Of a stretch of 64,000 nt of DNA, positions 11,580 through 25,692 are shown one piece after another. Position numbers and translations under genes: made by a program. The first letter of the stretch is position 1. Every line of letters starts with the position of its first letter. Source of the stretch: Octopus vulgaris. Its lineage: Eukaryota. The notes beneath the pieces are model-generated. The model saw only the letters and a list, made by a program, of their open reading frames with translations. It made no database searches and was not told the origin of the DNA. The stretch covers positions 214,210,001 to 214,274,000 of the forward strand of contig OX597815.1 of the NCBI GenBank assembly GCA_951406725.2, given 5' to 3'.

Positions 11580-13350
11580 CTGCCGGAATTGAATACTGAA
11601 TAGCATAAACAGCAGAGAACATCTTTATATTGCAATATAAGGATTTTCTATCCTTGTTATGCTATTCAGCATTATCATTATGCGCTTGAGAATAAATTAT
11701 TTCCATATCTGTATATTTCAATACATCTCATCTCTTCTAAATAATTTTGCCTGATGAACTCTTCCGAACAGCAAGAAATAATTTTCATTTTTCATTTTGG
11801 TACCCCTTAACGGCTTATATTTAAACCTATTCTTTTATATTTAAATCTAAATCTTCTAAATCTAAAGTTATTCTTTTATATTTTAAAATTATCAATCTTT
11901 ATTTAAACTTGTGATGATGGTTCATTTACTGTGATAATTCGCCTTGACTCCCGCGGCTGCTTCTTGCTGCTTTCTTAACTATCTCACAAAAAATAATGAA
12001 ATAGCGTTGGTTTTAGGTAGTGAAAAAATTTGAATGGTGAAGCAGATAAAATTTAATATTCAATGACAACTTTTGTAGAGATCCATGGATAGGGAGGAGA
12101 TTCTGATTGTTGCATTTTTAGAGAGGATTGACTGAGCGAATTGTTTAGTACGATGATTCGGCAAGTGAAACGTAATAATGATAAGGAATAGCGGAAAGCT
12201 TAAATGGAAGTATTACTGAAGGACAGATTCACTTGTGGGTATGGTATAAAAGACATAGGGATGTTACAACTTGTTCTTGGGCTTGTGTCTGCAGTGAAGT
12301 TAGGCTCATCAATTGGATACTATTCTAGGGTCGTGATACAATCTTTTTGTCTGAAGCAGAGCAAGATTTTAGTGTAGGGACTTATAAGAGGATTAATGTG
12401 AAGATGCTATTTTGGCCATGTTATTAATGCATGATCACAATGAAAATTCATCAGATTGCGAGGCCAATTACTCGTAGGTCTTATGCAGGCTTTCTTAATG
12501 TGTATTTGTGTTTTATTAACTTGTGTATTAATGACATTGTGGTGTTGTTGAATAGGACTAGGTTGTTACATCACCAGTGGAGAATATTTGTACGATTTTC
12601 TTTTGATAGAAATAGTATGTGTTTGGTATGAGACATAAGTGTTACGCAGAGATGACGCCAGTGTCAGAAAGCTAAATAAAGAAGTGTTATATAATATTTG
12701 CATAGTAGTGTGTCGTTATGAAAGCTCATTGATATCCAGGGTGAAGAATGTGGGAAACATAACTAAATCCTTGAGTGGCGGTTTTGTTTGGCACATTGAT
12801 GGAGTAGTTTAACAAAAAAATAATTCCAATCATTAACTGACAGATGGGTGGAGCTCGCAGGCGGTAACTTCGTCAGAAAGGTTTTCTAGCAAGGATTTAT
12901 TGCTGTCAAGTTGTGATGAATCGCTATAAAAGCCCTTAATTTCCAACAGTTTATGATAATTTCTGGCATGCTAAATGTTGAAACGTAAAAGGATCAAACT
13001 GCATTATAATTCTTTGATTCATTCGGTAATTCCTTTGAACATTAACCAGTCAACTCAGGAAGTACTATGTAGCAAATGAGATCAATCAATTTTATTATAT
13101 CTTGCCACGCAAACATATTTTAGTCTTGCTGAATAATGAGTTTGTCTTTGGATAACTTAGAGGACAAGCGATCTACAGCAACGATTAAGCTATTTGTGAT
13201 GTAGTTATTATCTCTTAAGCCATTTCAGTCGCTGAATTTTCAGATTTTCTTATTTTGCGTAAATATAAAATATTGTGACATTACTGGCATGTTTTCTTTC
13301 AGTATTTCGCTCTTTTGTCGGTCCCAACAGTTGAGAAATATCAGTGTAAA
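11580..13350 (-). pseudogene. Highly decayed Penelope-like element (RT / GIY-YIG remnants)
   Basis: Minus-strand peptides FFTLDINEL (~12725-12750, RT motif-like) and FHLPNH (~12155-12172, like PLE endonuclease C-terminus); many stops; ends uncertain. Confidence 0.4.
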
Positions 13351-13454
13351 TTTATATATATATATATAGGTTTAAGAGACAGAATCCCCCTCAACCAACT
13401 CAATCATCATTGAATGACATTATCCACAATAGGTAGATGTAGGACTAAATATTA

Positions 13455-13527
13455 AAATTATCAAAATTAATACCTACAATTCTTATTCCAAATTATCAAA
13501 ATTAATACCTTCAATTCTTATTTCAAA
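13455..13527 (+). repeat. 35 bp tandem duplication
   Basis: AAATTATCAAAATTAATACCT(A/T)CAATTCTTATT(C/T)C twice. Confidence 0.85.
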
Positions 13528-14429
13528 TCATATACTTTACTACGCGCATTTTATGACAAAATATTCCTCGATATTGCTGAAATAGAATGTCTCTAAATAC
13601 AATACCATATTAAAACGATTATATTGCCAATCTTCAGGTCTAGCATATATGAACTTATTTTGCTATTTACATCCTATATAAAGACATAACAAACTAAAAT
13701 TATATAACTAGAAGTTGTTGGAGTAATTTTACTTTAGTAAATAATGAACAGAAATGTGGAATAAAAGTAGGAAAAAGAAATGTTAACTAATCTGTTTGGT
13801 AATTTTCTCTCCATGAATTAAACATGGCTACCAGCAATCGTATAATCCAACATTGAGAACGTAAAAGTGCAGAAATATCACACATTTCACGGGGTAAACA
13901 CTACTTCTTTTCAATTTTCTTTTACTTCTGGTATTAAAAAGCACATGTAAACTTTCATTTTGATTTATTCCCCCCCCCCCCACCAAAAAAACGTTATATG
14001 GTCTTGGTGATAAATAAAAGGTCACAGTTGGTGACCTTTTGACCTATGGTGACCTTTTTACGGAATTAATTTGCTTATCATTTGCATGAATTTGTAGACC
14101 TTGATCAGGCAATCATTTTAAGTTGTCATTTGAAATACTTTGGCGAAGAGTTGCAAAGTTAGAGCTGTTTGAATTTCCATTCCCCTAATTTCTGCCTCCA
14201 GCTGGGCGTAGTATCTTCAATCCCAGTTTTTTTGCTGGTGACATCAATTTTCTGGTTTGTTAGACCCAGGGCTACACGAAAATACCCATTAGAGTAAATT
14301 ACAAGGGTGGCGCACCATGATCACCTCCAGCCCATAGCCTAACGCTTACGCTGACAAACCCACAGTGGTTACTTAACAATGACAATGGCAAAGACGATGA
14401 ATTGATATGGTGGCCATTTTACCCGTTGC

Positions 14430-14900
14430 TTGTTACTTTTACTGAGATATATTTTGTATTTCCTTCTTTCGCTGAGGCAAATAAAAGAAACCTTAATACC
14501 AACTCCGTACTGAGATCGATGCTGTCAACTAAACCACTTACCTCAAAATTACCAGCCTTGCGCCTAATTTTAAAACAATTAGTAGTGTTAGTCTTAATTT
14601 CAAATTTTGGCACAAGGCCAGCAAGATCGGGGAATGGGGTAAATTGATTACACCGATCCCAGTATTCAATTGGTACTTATGTTAACACCCCGAAAGGATA
14701 AAAGCCAAAGTTGACCTCGGCAGAATTTGAACTCAGAATGTAAAGACAGAAGATATGGCGCTAAGCATTTTGCCCGGAGTGCTAACGATTTTGCCATCTC
14801 ACCGACTTAAGTAGTGTTAACATTTCAAATCTTGGCAGCACGCCATTAAGTTTGGAATGGGGTGAGTAAGTCGATTACATGGATCCCAGGGTTCAATGAC
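14430..14900. mobile_element. Cluster of old-tail SINE-A copies (one +, two -)
   Basis: Degenerate + copy ~14430-14580, - copy 14596-14810, partial - copy 14822-14900. Confidence 0.75.
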
Positions 14901-14924
14901 CTTATCAATGATGGACGCCGTCTG

Positions 14925-15118
14925 GTGTCTATCATTTATAAGACCAAGGAGGTTCGAAATCATGTGATCTGGTGATCTCGGTTCTGGAAATGGCGGGTAT
15001 TTATTTCCCCGTTAACGAAATAAACAGCAGTGCATTTTACACCGAAAGCCAATATGAGAGGTTCTCTCATGGGGTATCTACCGCAGTATAGTCTGTTCTA
15101 ACAGAACATCTATGTTTA
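14925..15118. repeat. Unclassified dispersed repeat, inverted partner of 2750-2935
   Basis: See 2750-2935. Confidence 0.75.
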
Positions 15119-16474
15119 ATATAAATGTTATCACTAGAAAAGTATTGCAGGAACAGAAAATATTAATACTTGGGAGAGGGGGCTTTTTTTGGGGGGGGGG
15201 ATAATAAACATCATTACGGAAATGAGCATGAAGTTTAATTACGCAGTCAAAAGGTTAAGTACCCGGTGAGTGCTGATACAGGCCTCGCTTTATCTCTCTT
15301 CTGTTGTTACATCCTTTACGTCCCGCTGCGTTTAGCATTGGAGATCCTAAAGTGTATCCATGCACACTCGCGTCTACATATATACGTGGATGCTACCAAT
15401 ATGTATATAAATATAGTTATAATAGCTGGTTTTTGGAAAAATGATTATTCAAATGTTTTAATCAGACTGGAAATATTATATATAAATACATACAAAGTAA
15501 ATAGAGAAAACCAGTCGGTCATCTATAGTTAGGTTATTTGGACTTCTGTTGTAATCTCATAAGACAATACTGATATAGTACTCTGATTAAACGTGCTACT
15601 TTTGTTCCGTACTATCACAGATATTTCAGACCTGGGAACTTTATAAAATCGTTTCAACTTAGGAAATATTTCACATCTTTTAGGAAACTCACTGTTTAAA
15701 ACCAACATCATAAAGATAAAGTTTCGCTTCCTCTCTTCAAATTTGAATTATTTCTTTCGTATTGCTGACCAAAATTTGACATAGAATTCGTGTTATTCTG
15801 CCCTTTCCGGTCTTTTATCAGCTCAATTCAGTTTCGGGTAATTTTTCTTGACAACTGATACGACTGAAATCAGATCAAGTTCTAGATATTTGTACAAGTT
15901 GAAGAAAGCTGAAGAATTTTATTTGACAGGCAGGATAAATATGTTAGAGCAATGCGACAGAATTTATATGTTTCTGTATCATAGTACTTTCATTCTATGC
16001 TTGAATAGCAATATAAATAACTGACAGTGGCCTCGTTTCGAAGAGAAATTCAAATATAGTAACACTGTAGATTTTGCTTTGTTTTTTTTCTTCAATTATT
16101 CACTTTTCTGCCAATCTTTTAAATGCAATTACACTAATTTTACGACGTGAGTCTTGAAAAATGATATTACATTAAATATTTTAAATATTTACGAGCTAAA
16201 ATTGGCGTTCATTTATATGTTTGTTCATTCGCACTTCATTAAGTCTTTCTTCAGTCACTTTTTTCTGCAACGACATAAGTGGAAGAAAATTTTTAAACTG
16301 AGTGAACAGGAAAAACAAAACATTGGTCATCCAGCCATTATAAAGTATATCACTTGCAACTTGTCAATAAACGACGTGTTAATCTATCTCTCTCTCCCTG
16401 TCTATCTATCTATATATCTATGTATCTATCTATTTATCTATCTATCAATCTGTCTGTCTATCTCTCTGTCTGTA

Positions 16475-16521
<47 letters not shown>

Positions 16522-16788
16522 CGTACACACACACATATATGTGTGTGTGTTTCAGTACATACATACATACATACATACATACATACATACATACATACAT
16601 ACATACATACATGTACAATCCCTTACAACACTATGACCTCAATAGGCTTCAGGCGATTCTTGGAAGTGTAGTCTATTCTTAGCTACAATAGCGACGACAT
16701 GAATTTCTTCCATCTTTTAACTCTGTTAAAATATTTGAGAAATATTATATTAATGTGTCCTGTTAGTTAAAATTCTATTTATTTATTT

Positions 16789-16876
16789 GTGCAGCTGAAG
16801 ATGGCACTGCATTTAAACTGATGTAATGATTGCATTCTTCAATTAAATGCAGCTGCTTGAAACGGTCGTACTGCAT
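16789..16876 (+). ncRNA. Type I hammerhead ribozyme motif in probable Penelope terminal repeat fragment
   Basis: Stem I GTGCAG/CTGCAT, core CTGAAGA (16795-16801), stem II GGCA-CTGCATTTAA/TTAAATGCAG-C-TGCT, GAAA, stem III ACG/CGT, GUA site at 16868-16870. Confidence 0.8.
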
Positions 16877-16919
16877 TACTACTTGATATCCTGTTGCTTA
16901 TTTTGATTTTATTCATACA

Positions 16920-16960
<41 letters not shown>

Positions 16961-16963
<3 letters not shown>

Positions 16964-17213
16964 TAGAAATGGTAAGACAACCAAAAGAATGAAAGAGACC
17001 TCGATATTATGTAAATAGCGGAATTTATCTGTAAATGTAATATGTGACAATTATTCGGTAGCCATGATAAAACTCCGAGTTTCAGATATCGGGGTGGAAA
17101 TCCACGCCGCCATCTCTTCAATTGTGGGTGGATAACTGAAGAGATAGCGGCGTGGATTTCCACCCCGACATCCGAAACTCGGAGTTTTATCATGGCTACC
17201 GAATAATTGTCAC

Positions 17214-17216
<3 letters not shown>
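16961..17216. mobile_element. Fold-back element in (TA)n, probably inverted Penelope pLTR
   Basis: ~82 bp arms 17042-17123 and 17134-17215, 10 nt spacer, (TA)n both sides. Confidence 0.8.
17131..17191 (+). ncRNA. Type I hammerhead motif with near-palindromic stem III
   Basis: GATAA/TTATC stem I, CTGAAGA 17136-17142, long stem II CGGCGTGGA-TT-TCCACCCCG, GAAA 17174-17177, ACTC-G-GAGT, GUU triplet. Confidence 0.65.
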
Positions 17217-17263
<47 letters not shown>

Positions 17264-18099
17264 AGAAGAGAGGAGAGAGAGTGAGAGAGAGAGAGAGAGA
17301 GAGAGACGGGGTGCAAAGAAAGAAAGAATATCTAGCGGTAAAAAATAATATGAGCATGAATGACAATTACACTTGTTACTTTGAACGTCTGAAAAGAGTT
17401 ACCATGGTAATGTGGACGGGGATGATAAGTATGAAGATGCCGATAAGGAAAAGGAGGATGGGAAGACGGCGACACCGATGATGATGTTAATGATGATAAC
17501 GATGATGATGTTGACGACGACGATGTTGATGATGCTGATGCTGATGATGATAAGGGGCAAGTTTATATACTTATGTTTCATAATCCATTATAAACTGGAA
17601 TTATAATGCACACACACGCACACACACACACACATATAATCACATATATTTAGATAGAGTTTAAGACAGAGAGAGGAAGGGAGGACAGAGAGAGATGAGT
17701 GTCTTTGAGGCTGTGGGCGCTTACGTATATATACGATATCAAGAGCAAATGTTAAGCGTTGTCATTGCGCGTTCACCTCTTGTTTTTGTTTGCCATTTCC
17801 TCAGAACCGTTTAGATTTTCTGTCTACCCGTCACGGAGAATTGGTAGCGAGGAAAATGGTTAAACACCAGCTGCTTACAATAAACAGTGAAAAACTTCTC
17901 CATTGACTTACAGACTCATTAAAATCTCACGGCTGAAGGGCTTAGGCGAGATTTTCGTATAGTATTCCAATTAGTACACATTAAACTAGCAGATATAACT
18001 CACTCTGTATACATTTACGATTGCAGAAAGTTGTGGAAATAAGGTTATAAGCCTGTTAAAATACACATTAACAATCCTTCTCTATGCACGCATGCACAC

Positions 18100-18665
<566 letters not shown>

Positions 18666-19082
18666 TTCTAGGTGAAGTAACAGCAGCAAAGCTCGAGCAT
18701 GTTGCGTATCAAATAAATGCTGCCGCTGCCATTGCACTGTGCTACTCTCACTCTACGGACAGCACAACTAAAATCTTTCGCTTTACTAAGAATACTTGAC
18801 ATCGGAAACCCTTACAGATCATTCAGGACAACTAACACATCTGTAATATTTTCGAAACTTTCAAATATTAGGTTTCCCATTCAAGGTCAGAAAAACGGTT
18901 CCGACCACACACCATTAGCGACTGATGGTCTCTAAAGCATAAATTCGGCTCCACGTTGTGTGGCTGCTTCAATATCTGGGACAATGCTGTTAGTTGCATC
19001 ACACAAATGAATGCATTATACACTGCTTCCAAAACTGGTTGTCTTTAGCCAATAAGTACAATTCATTTCACTCGCTGACTTT

Positions 19083-19144
<62 letters not shown>

Positions 19145-19175
19145 ATTATTATTATTATTATTATTATCATCATTA

Positions 19176-19696
19176 TTGAGTGAGAAGCAATGCATGCTAT
19201 CAAAGTGACACTGGGGTAAGTACACCCATCATGACTAACCGTCTGATAAGAGTACACCAGGCACATGCATCACTACCATATGTGCACTACAAGGCGACCT
19301 TATATCAAAATAAACAGCGCATGACCTTACAGGTGGGGCCCAGTTAGAATTTTCTTCAGGTTGAGTAGAGCTTCATACTCAAAAGGTCCCTGAATAAGGT
19401 TTGTTAAAGGATGTTGAACGAAACATTCATATTTCCAGAGGCAAATTATTCAAACTCTCCACACATGGCTATGACGCTCTCCCACTACTTCTGCTCCTGA
19501 TCAGAGATGCATATATTGTCAGTTACTAAGGGACATGCTCAAGTGGTTAAAGTCAAGCAGCTGACAAGAATATCAGTGATACTGAGCAGACTATTTGTTG
19601 TAGCCCATTTTTTATATCAAGATAAAACATGTAAAATGTAACACTTCTAATCAATTAAGATGAGAAGCCACGAGAGCAAGTGTCTGGTACTGCATG
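19176..19696 (-). mobile_element. ~520 bp non-coding interspersed element in (TTA)n (orientation assumed from tail)
   Basis: Reverse complement of 48494-49050 along its whole length; flanked by TTA repeats. Confidence 0.85.
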
Positions 19697-19724
19697 TTAT
19701 TTATTATTATCATTATTATTATTA

Positions 19725-20966
19725 TATGTTTGACTTTTGCTTTATATTTGTACAATTTGGCTCCAAGTCTCACCCGGAGACCTCAAGAGACAACAGGTTG
19801 GAAGTTCACGTTGTTGTTATGCCTAGTGTGCCATATATTTGGTTGTTTTTTGTGTTGTACTGGTGGATGTCTAAAAAAAAATGAAAACAAAAATGTTTGT
19901 TTTAAACCTTGAGATTACATAGAAAGTATTTTGCGTAGGATATGAGCAGTTCCCATGAGCACTATATTTTGAATTTCTGCCATTTTGGGGTTTCCTGGTA
20001 TCTGAGTTAGGTAGCAATCAGTCCCTTACGCTATCATTCCCAGGGCACCTATGACAACAAGTATTGTTTTAGTCTTCAGCTTCCACATTTTGCTGATTTC
20101 TATTTCAAGATCTTTATATTTGCTCAGTTTTTGGTAGGTCTTGACAGATACGTTTATATCGATTGGGACAGTCATATCAATGAGGAGGAATGTTCTTTGT
20201 TTGAAGTCTTTCAATATGATGTCTGGCCTATTTACATCTATCTTTCTGTCAGTTTGAATGGTGAAGTTCCAGAGGAGTGAGATAGGTCCTTTTCAAGCAC
20301 TGGGGGTGGTTTGTGTTCCCACCAGTTTTTTTCATGGGGCAAATCCAGGTTTTTTCAGATTACCCTGTGAATATATTGTGCAGCTCTATCGTGCCTGTTG
20401 AGATACACTGTAGGCGCTAGAAGACTGCACTTGGAGACCACATGGTCAATGGTTTCATTTTGTTGCTGGCATACACGACACGTTGGACTGCTTCTGATCT
20501 TTAATATGTTGGCCTGGTAGTTCCTTGTAGGTAGGCATTGATCTTGAGCTGCTATGATAAACCCCTCTGTTTCAGATTTTAAGCCAGAGGCCATTAGCCA
20601 TTGATGGGTCAGGGCTTTGTCAACATCTGCATTATTTGCTCTCTTTGGGTATTTGCCATAGAGAGGTTTTTCTTGCCATTTATCATTCAGAATATCTAAG
20701 GCCGCAGGTTTAGCACTGGTTTTCATGCGCTTAGCTTTTTCTGTGCCTGTTTCTTGTATGTCTATCTCTAATTCCGAAATTTGTTGTATTCGGAATTCAC
20801 TTAGATATTCATTTGCCTGTTTTGTTACTGAGTATGATGCTTTCTTGTTTTCACGTTTTGAGACAAGTTTTAACATCCAGTCCTCAGAGTTTTTCAGGTA
20901 GGTGTCTAGGCCAATTGTAGCAATCTTCATTGTTATTGCCAGTTGTAAAAGTCCACGGCCTCCCTC

Positions 20967-20969
<3 letters not shown>
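19725..20969 (-). mobile_element. R4/Dong-clade non-LTR retrotransposon, 5'-truncated (CCHC + restriction-like endonuclease)
   Basis: ETEGFIIAAQDQ, CRVCQQQNETIDHVVSKC, RHD, NRPDI..LIDMTVP..KLSKYKDL, VVIGALG, GTAHILRKILSM*; (TTA)n at both ends. Confidence 0.92.
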
Positions 20970-21018
<49 letters not shown>

Positions 21019-21430
21019 GGCGCAGGAGTGGCTGTTTGGTAAGTAGCTTGCTAACCAACCACATGGTTCCGGTTCAGTCCACTGCGTGGCATCTTGGGCA
21101 AGTGTCTTCTGCTATAGCACCGGGCCGACCAATGCCTTGTGAGTGGATTTGGTAGACGGAAACTGAAAGAAGCCTGTCGTATATATGTATATATATATAA
21201 GTGTGTGTGAATATGTTTGTGTGTCTGTATTTGTTCCCCTAGCATTGCTTGACAACTGATGCTGGTGTGTTTACGTCCCCGTCACTTAGCGGTTCGGCAA
21301 AAGAGACCGATAGAATAAGTACTGGGCTTACAAATAATAAGTCCTGGGGTCGAGTTGCTCGACTAAAGGCGGTGCTCCAGCATGGCCGCAGTCAAATGAC
21401 TGAAACAAGTAAAAAGAGTAAAAAGAGAGT
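21019..21430 (+). mobile_element. SINE-B full length
   Basis: GGCGCAGGAGTGGCTGTTTGG head, CTTGGGCAAGTG, internal TA/TG tract, AAAAAGAGT tail. Confidence 0.92.
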
Positions 21431-22243
21431 ATTATTATTATTATTATCATCGTTATTATGTCCCCTTGAACTGAACCTTCTGATAGCCTTGCCAGCGTTG
21501 CACCAATAATAAAAGATATATGAAATTATAAAACCAAAAGCCCTGCTCTCTGCCGTGTTTCTGTTGTGTCCCACCCCCAAAAACTTTATTAAGTACTTGG
21601 CTCATTTTCTCCTTCCCTGAACCAGACTCTTTTAAAAGTCATTTTCTGTTCCCGCCTTCCCTACAGGTATCAAGTCACAAGTCGAACATCAATCGACCCC
21701 AACCATGATATATTTGTAGACATCCTTTAGAAGTCTTGTATTTGTGCCTTTGAACTGCTGAAGAAGTTTAAATTGGCAATCAAACAAGTCTCGTCTTTAA
21801 AGTATTGAAAATTTACTGTAAACTATAGAAACCACTAAAACTAGTTAGAACTTACTGACTTGTTCGATATTTTACTCATTCGGTTTTGATTATTCTCTGC
21901 ACTGTTGGTTTTAATATTTCCATTGAGAAGCCTGCAGCATGTTGGATATGTTATTCGTTCTATTCTACGTAGTCTTGGAACTGTTGCCACAAATATTTCC
22001 ATTTGAGAAAACTCAATCGAAACTTGCGAAATAGAAAATTTCTTCTTTTGTATCATCTGAAGGATTTCAGGATTCAGAACAAAAATTATGACAACTTTCT
22101 CCAAGTTTTATTAAACTTCTACAAAACCGAGAAATAGATTTTAAATACTAAAGATGATTTTAAATTGTTTCATTCTCCTCCAGTTCCAAGCATTTTTTTT
22201 CGCTATGACCCCCTTGCTTTAAAATCTGCTAGCAAGTCACAAA

Positions 22244-22735
22244 GATTGGGGTTGGAGGGGTCCACGGACTAATATTTTTGTCTACGACAAATATTTTTCT
22301 CCATGACAAGATGCAGTGAATGGCTTTCATATGGGTTCTAATATATCTGAAGCATATTTGAACTGGTAACAAGTTTATATTTGCATATAAAACTGCTTGG
22401 CGCTTTTAATCCGTATTTTAAAACAACCGTGCCATCGATTAGCGCAACCAGTCGCAGTAGTTTGACTGGAATATAATACGAGAGAACTGATCCCTCGTAG
22501 TCAGTTCAGAGCGTCTTTCTCGTCAGTATTCGATGCTGAAGAGAGGATAACTACACCGAAATGCATACATCCATCGACTAGGGTAGAGGATGCCACGGAC
22601 TGACTTGGTATGTTTAAACTCTTTAGTCTGCAGCGAAAATGTTTCTCCATGACAAAAGGCAGGGAATGGCTTTATTAGTGACGCGAATATATTTTAAGCA
22701 TATTTGAACAGTGCACAAGATTATACTAAGGATGA
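22244..22735 (+). repeat. Partial tandem repeat (~330-345 bp period) containing a hammerhead; retrozyme- or pLTR-like
   Basis: 22244-22390 aligns with 22576-22735 (CCACGGACT, TTTCTCCATGACAA, GAATGGCTTT, AAGCATATTTGAAC). Confidence 0.75.
22530..22577 (+). ncRNA. Type I hammerhead motif, stem II degenerate
   Basis: Stem I TCGATG/CATCGA, CTGAAGA 22536-22542, CGAAA 22557-22561, stem III ATG-CATA-CAT, AUC site at 22569-22571. Confidence 0.7.
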
Positions 22736-22748
22736 AAATATCCAATAA

Positions 22749-22792
22749 TGGTTAAGCACCCGCTAGGGTCGACCTTAGCGGGTGCTTAACCA
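22749..22792. repeat. 44 bp spacerless palindrome
   Basis: TGGTTAAGCACCCGCTAGGGTC|GACCTTAGCGGGTGCTTAACCA, one mismatch. Confidence 0.95.
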
Positions 22793-23014
22793 AATACTAT
22801 CTTATATCCTCCATTGACATCTATCCACCGACACTTCTAAATTCAAATCTCGACTGATTATTCATTATCTCATACAATGAGGCGGACAACTTTGATAAAA
22901 ATCGATATCCAATATATTGCAATCTTTCTCTTTCCGACTATTCCTACATGTAAATATGTCTGCATATATCTATATATATATATATATATATATAAATAGA
23001 AACACATGTGTATA

Positions 23015-23071
<57 letters not shown>

Positions 23072-23531
23072 GGCATTGTGTGTGTGTACACGTGTGTTCC
23101 TTTTCATATTACAAACAGAAGAAGAAGCATCGAGAAAATCGGATTTGTCACTGAAAGGCTAAAAATGTGATCTGTAACAGTTAACACTGCAAAAACTTTT
23201 AGCTTCGATCGAAATATCAATGAGATCGATACGAAGCTAACACTCCGCCATTTTACTTTCCAATCTTTGTACAATGTCAGAGGAAGTTTAGACAATTCTC
23301 CAATAATTCTATTTATTTATTTTCCTTTATACTATACTTTTTTGATTTACCATCTTGTGTTGTTCAAATGATTCTATCTAAAATGGATTCCTTTTGCCAG
23401 AATTCATCTCCTGTTTTATATTGTCCTATGACTCATCTTGTGTAAGTCAATATTAATTTTCAATCTCTCCTTCAGGACAGACTTCAAACAGATACTCACA
23501 CACACATACATACACATGTATATATGTATGC

Positions 23532-23595
<64 letters not shown>

Positions 23596-23677
23596 GTATG
23601 CATGTAAAAGCATATATATATGCATACATATACAAACATAGACATATGCAATACGTATATAGATACATGCATATAAG

Positions 23678-23775
<98 letters not shown>

Positions 23776-25189
23776 AACGCTATCAGCAACAATAAAACAA
23801 CCACCATAATCACTACTCTAAAATTATTAGAACGACCACTAAATTCATTCCGCAAACCACAACAACAACAACTGCCACAATCCACAATATAAATACAGCT
23901 ACGATCCTGTCGCCACCAAATTTACCAACACCCTTATTGCAAGCAGAGTAGGCTCCCACCACTCGCTGCTACACCATTGCACCAACAAAAACGCTACGCT
24001 GACATCGTTGCAACAACACAAACTCTGCTGGCAACGCTACAAATACTTGTCCCCTTGCTACTATCATCATCATTATCATCATCAACGACCACCTCACAAA
24101 CTAGCGCTTCCACATCGACCACCTCTAATAATATTCTCATTACCCACAACCCCTATCAACAAAGATATCTGGATTCGGTAATTTATTACCTCAAGCTTTC
24201 TGCCTAATAATAAAGCTTGTGAAAGATTTCTATCTTGTTAAATTTATTACATGATCCTAGGTACAAAGCATGAGAGGTTAACACATTCAGCCTACGAACT
24301 GCAGATATTAATTTTAGTCTTATATCCTGTTTCTGACTTCAGTTTTAGACTGTAGCTATGCTGGGACACCGTCTTGTAGGGTATAATGGATTATATCCCC
24401 CACTTTTATTCATTCGGTCGAACGTTACTTATTTTTGTTGACCTTTGAAAGGTGAACGGCAAAGAGAAGAGGAGCAGGACTTGAAATCGTAACGTAAAAG
24501 GGACGTAATTAAATGCGACAAAATATTTCATAATGGCGCTCTAATCGGCAAGATAATTATATCTATTTATTTAAGGACTAAGTCTTATTTAGGACTGTAT
24601 AATATTTTACTACATATTTAACTTAAATTATGAAATTAAATATGTCTAGAATATAACTAATAAATGATAGTCTTGGAACATATGCATGAACGTGTGCACG
24701 TGTGTGTGTGTGCGTTTATAAATGTAGCTATGCATAAATATATATATATGTATATATATATATTATAAATGTAGGTATGTAGAAATATACATATATATAT
24801 ATTATAAATATAGGTATGCATAAATATATATATATGTATATATATATATATTATAAATGTAGGTATGTAGAAATATATATATATATATATACACACGCAC
24901 ATACACATGCACAAACACACACACAAACACGCACATACAGACATACAAACACACACATACGCGAACGCACACACGCACACACACACACAAACACGAATTA
25001 TTGCTGCTTCAAAATGGGTTTCATCCAGCTCTACACACAATACAGTGACTGTTAACATATTTAATGCAGCATCAAAAGCTAACAAAGGGATTACTTTGAA
25101 GAGGAGAAAAATATTTTGTGATTCAACTGATAAATACCGTTCTATCAAAATCTTTCTTTTAGAGTCCTCATACGTATTCTTTTCTTTTA

Positions 25190-25630
25190 TTACTCTACTT
25201 GCTTCAGTCATTTGACTGCGGCCATGCTGGAGCACCGCCTTTAGTCGAGCAAATCGACCCCAGGACTTATTTTTTGTAAGCCTAGTACTTATTCTATCGG
25301 CCTATTTTACCGAACCGCTAAGTTACTGGGACGTAAACACATCAGCATCGGTTGTCAAGCGATGTTGGGGCGACAAACACAGACACACAAACATATACAC
25401 ACACACAAACGTACATACGTACATTATGGATGCCCCCTCGTTATCGAGTATGGCCATTGCACGAAGCTTAACTGTTACTGGTGCTGTGATCGAATGTGAC
25501 TTTTTAGCCCAGCTAAAGATCTACAACGTCTTGTACAAAATTGGCAACTAAACATACATACATACATACATACATACATACATACATACATACATACATA
25601 CATACATACATACATACATACATACATACA

Positions 25631-25692
<62 letters not shown>

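Noticed and set aside
13900-14340. Repeated TGACCTTT motifs suggesting nuclear-receptor sites or a DNA transposon end
   Set aside because: No termini or TSD found; cannot distinguish the two
21640-22104. Splice-acceptor-like tract at 21666 and 87 aa minus ORF
   Set aside because: No recognisable protein or paired splice site
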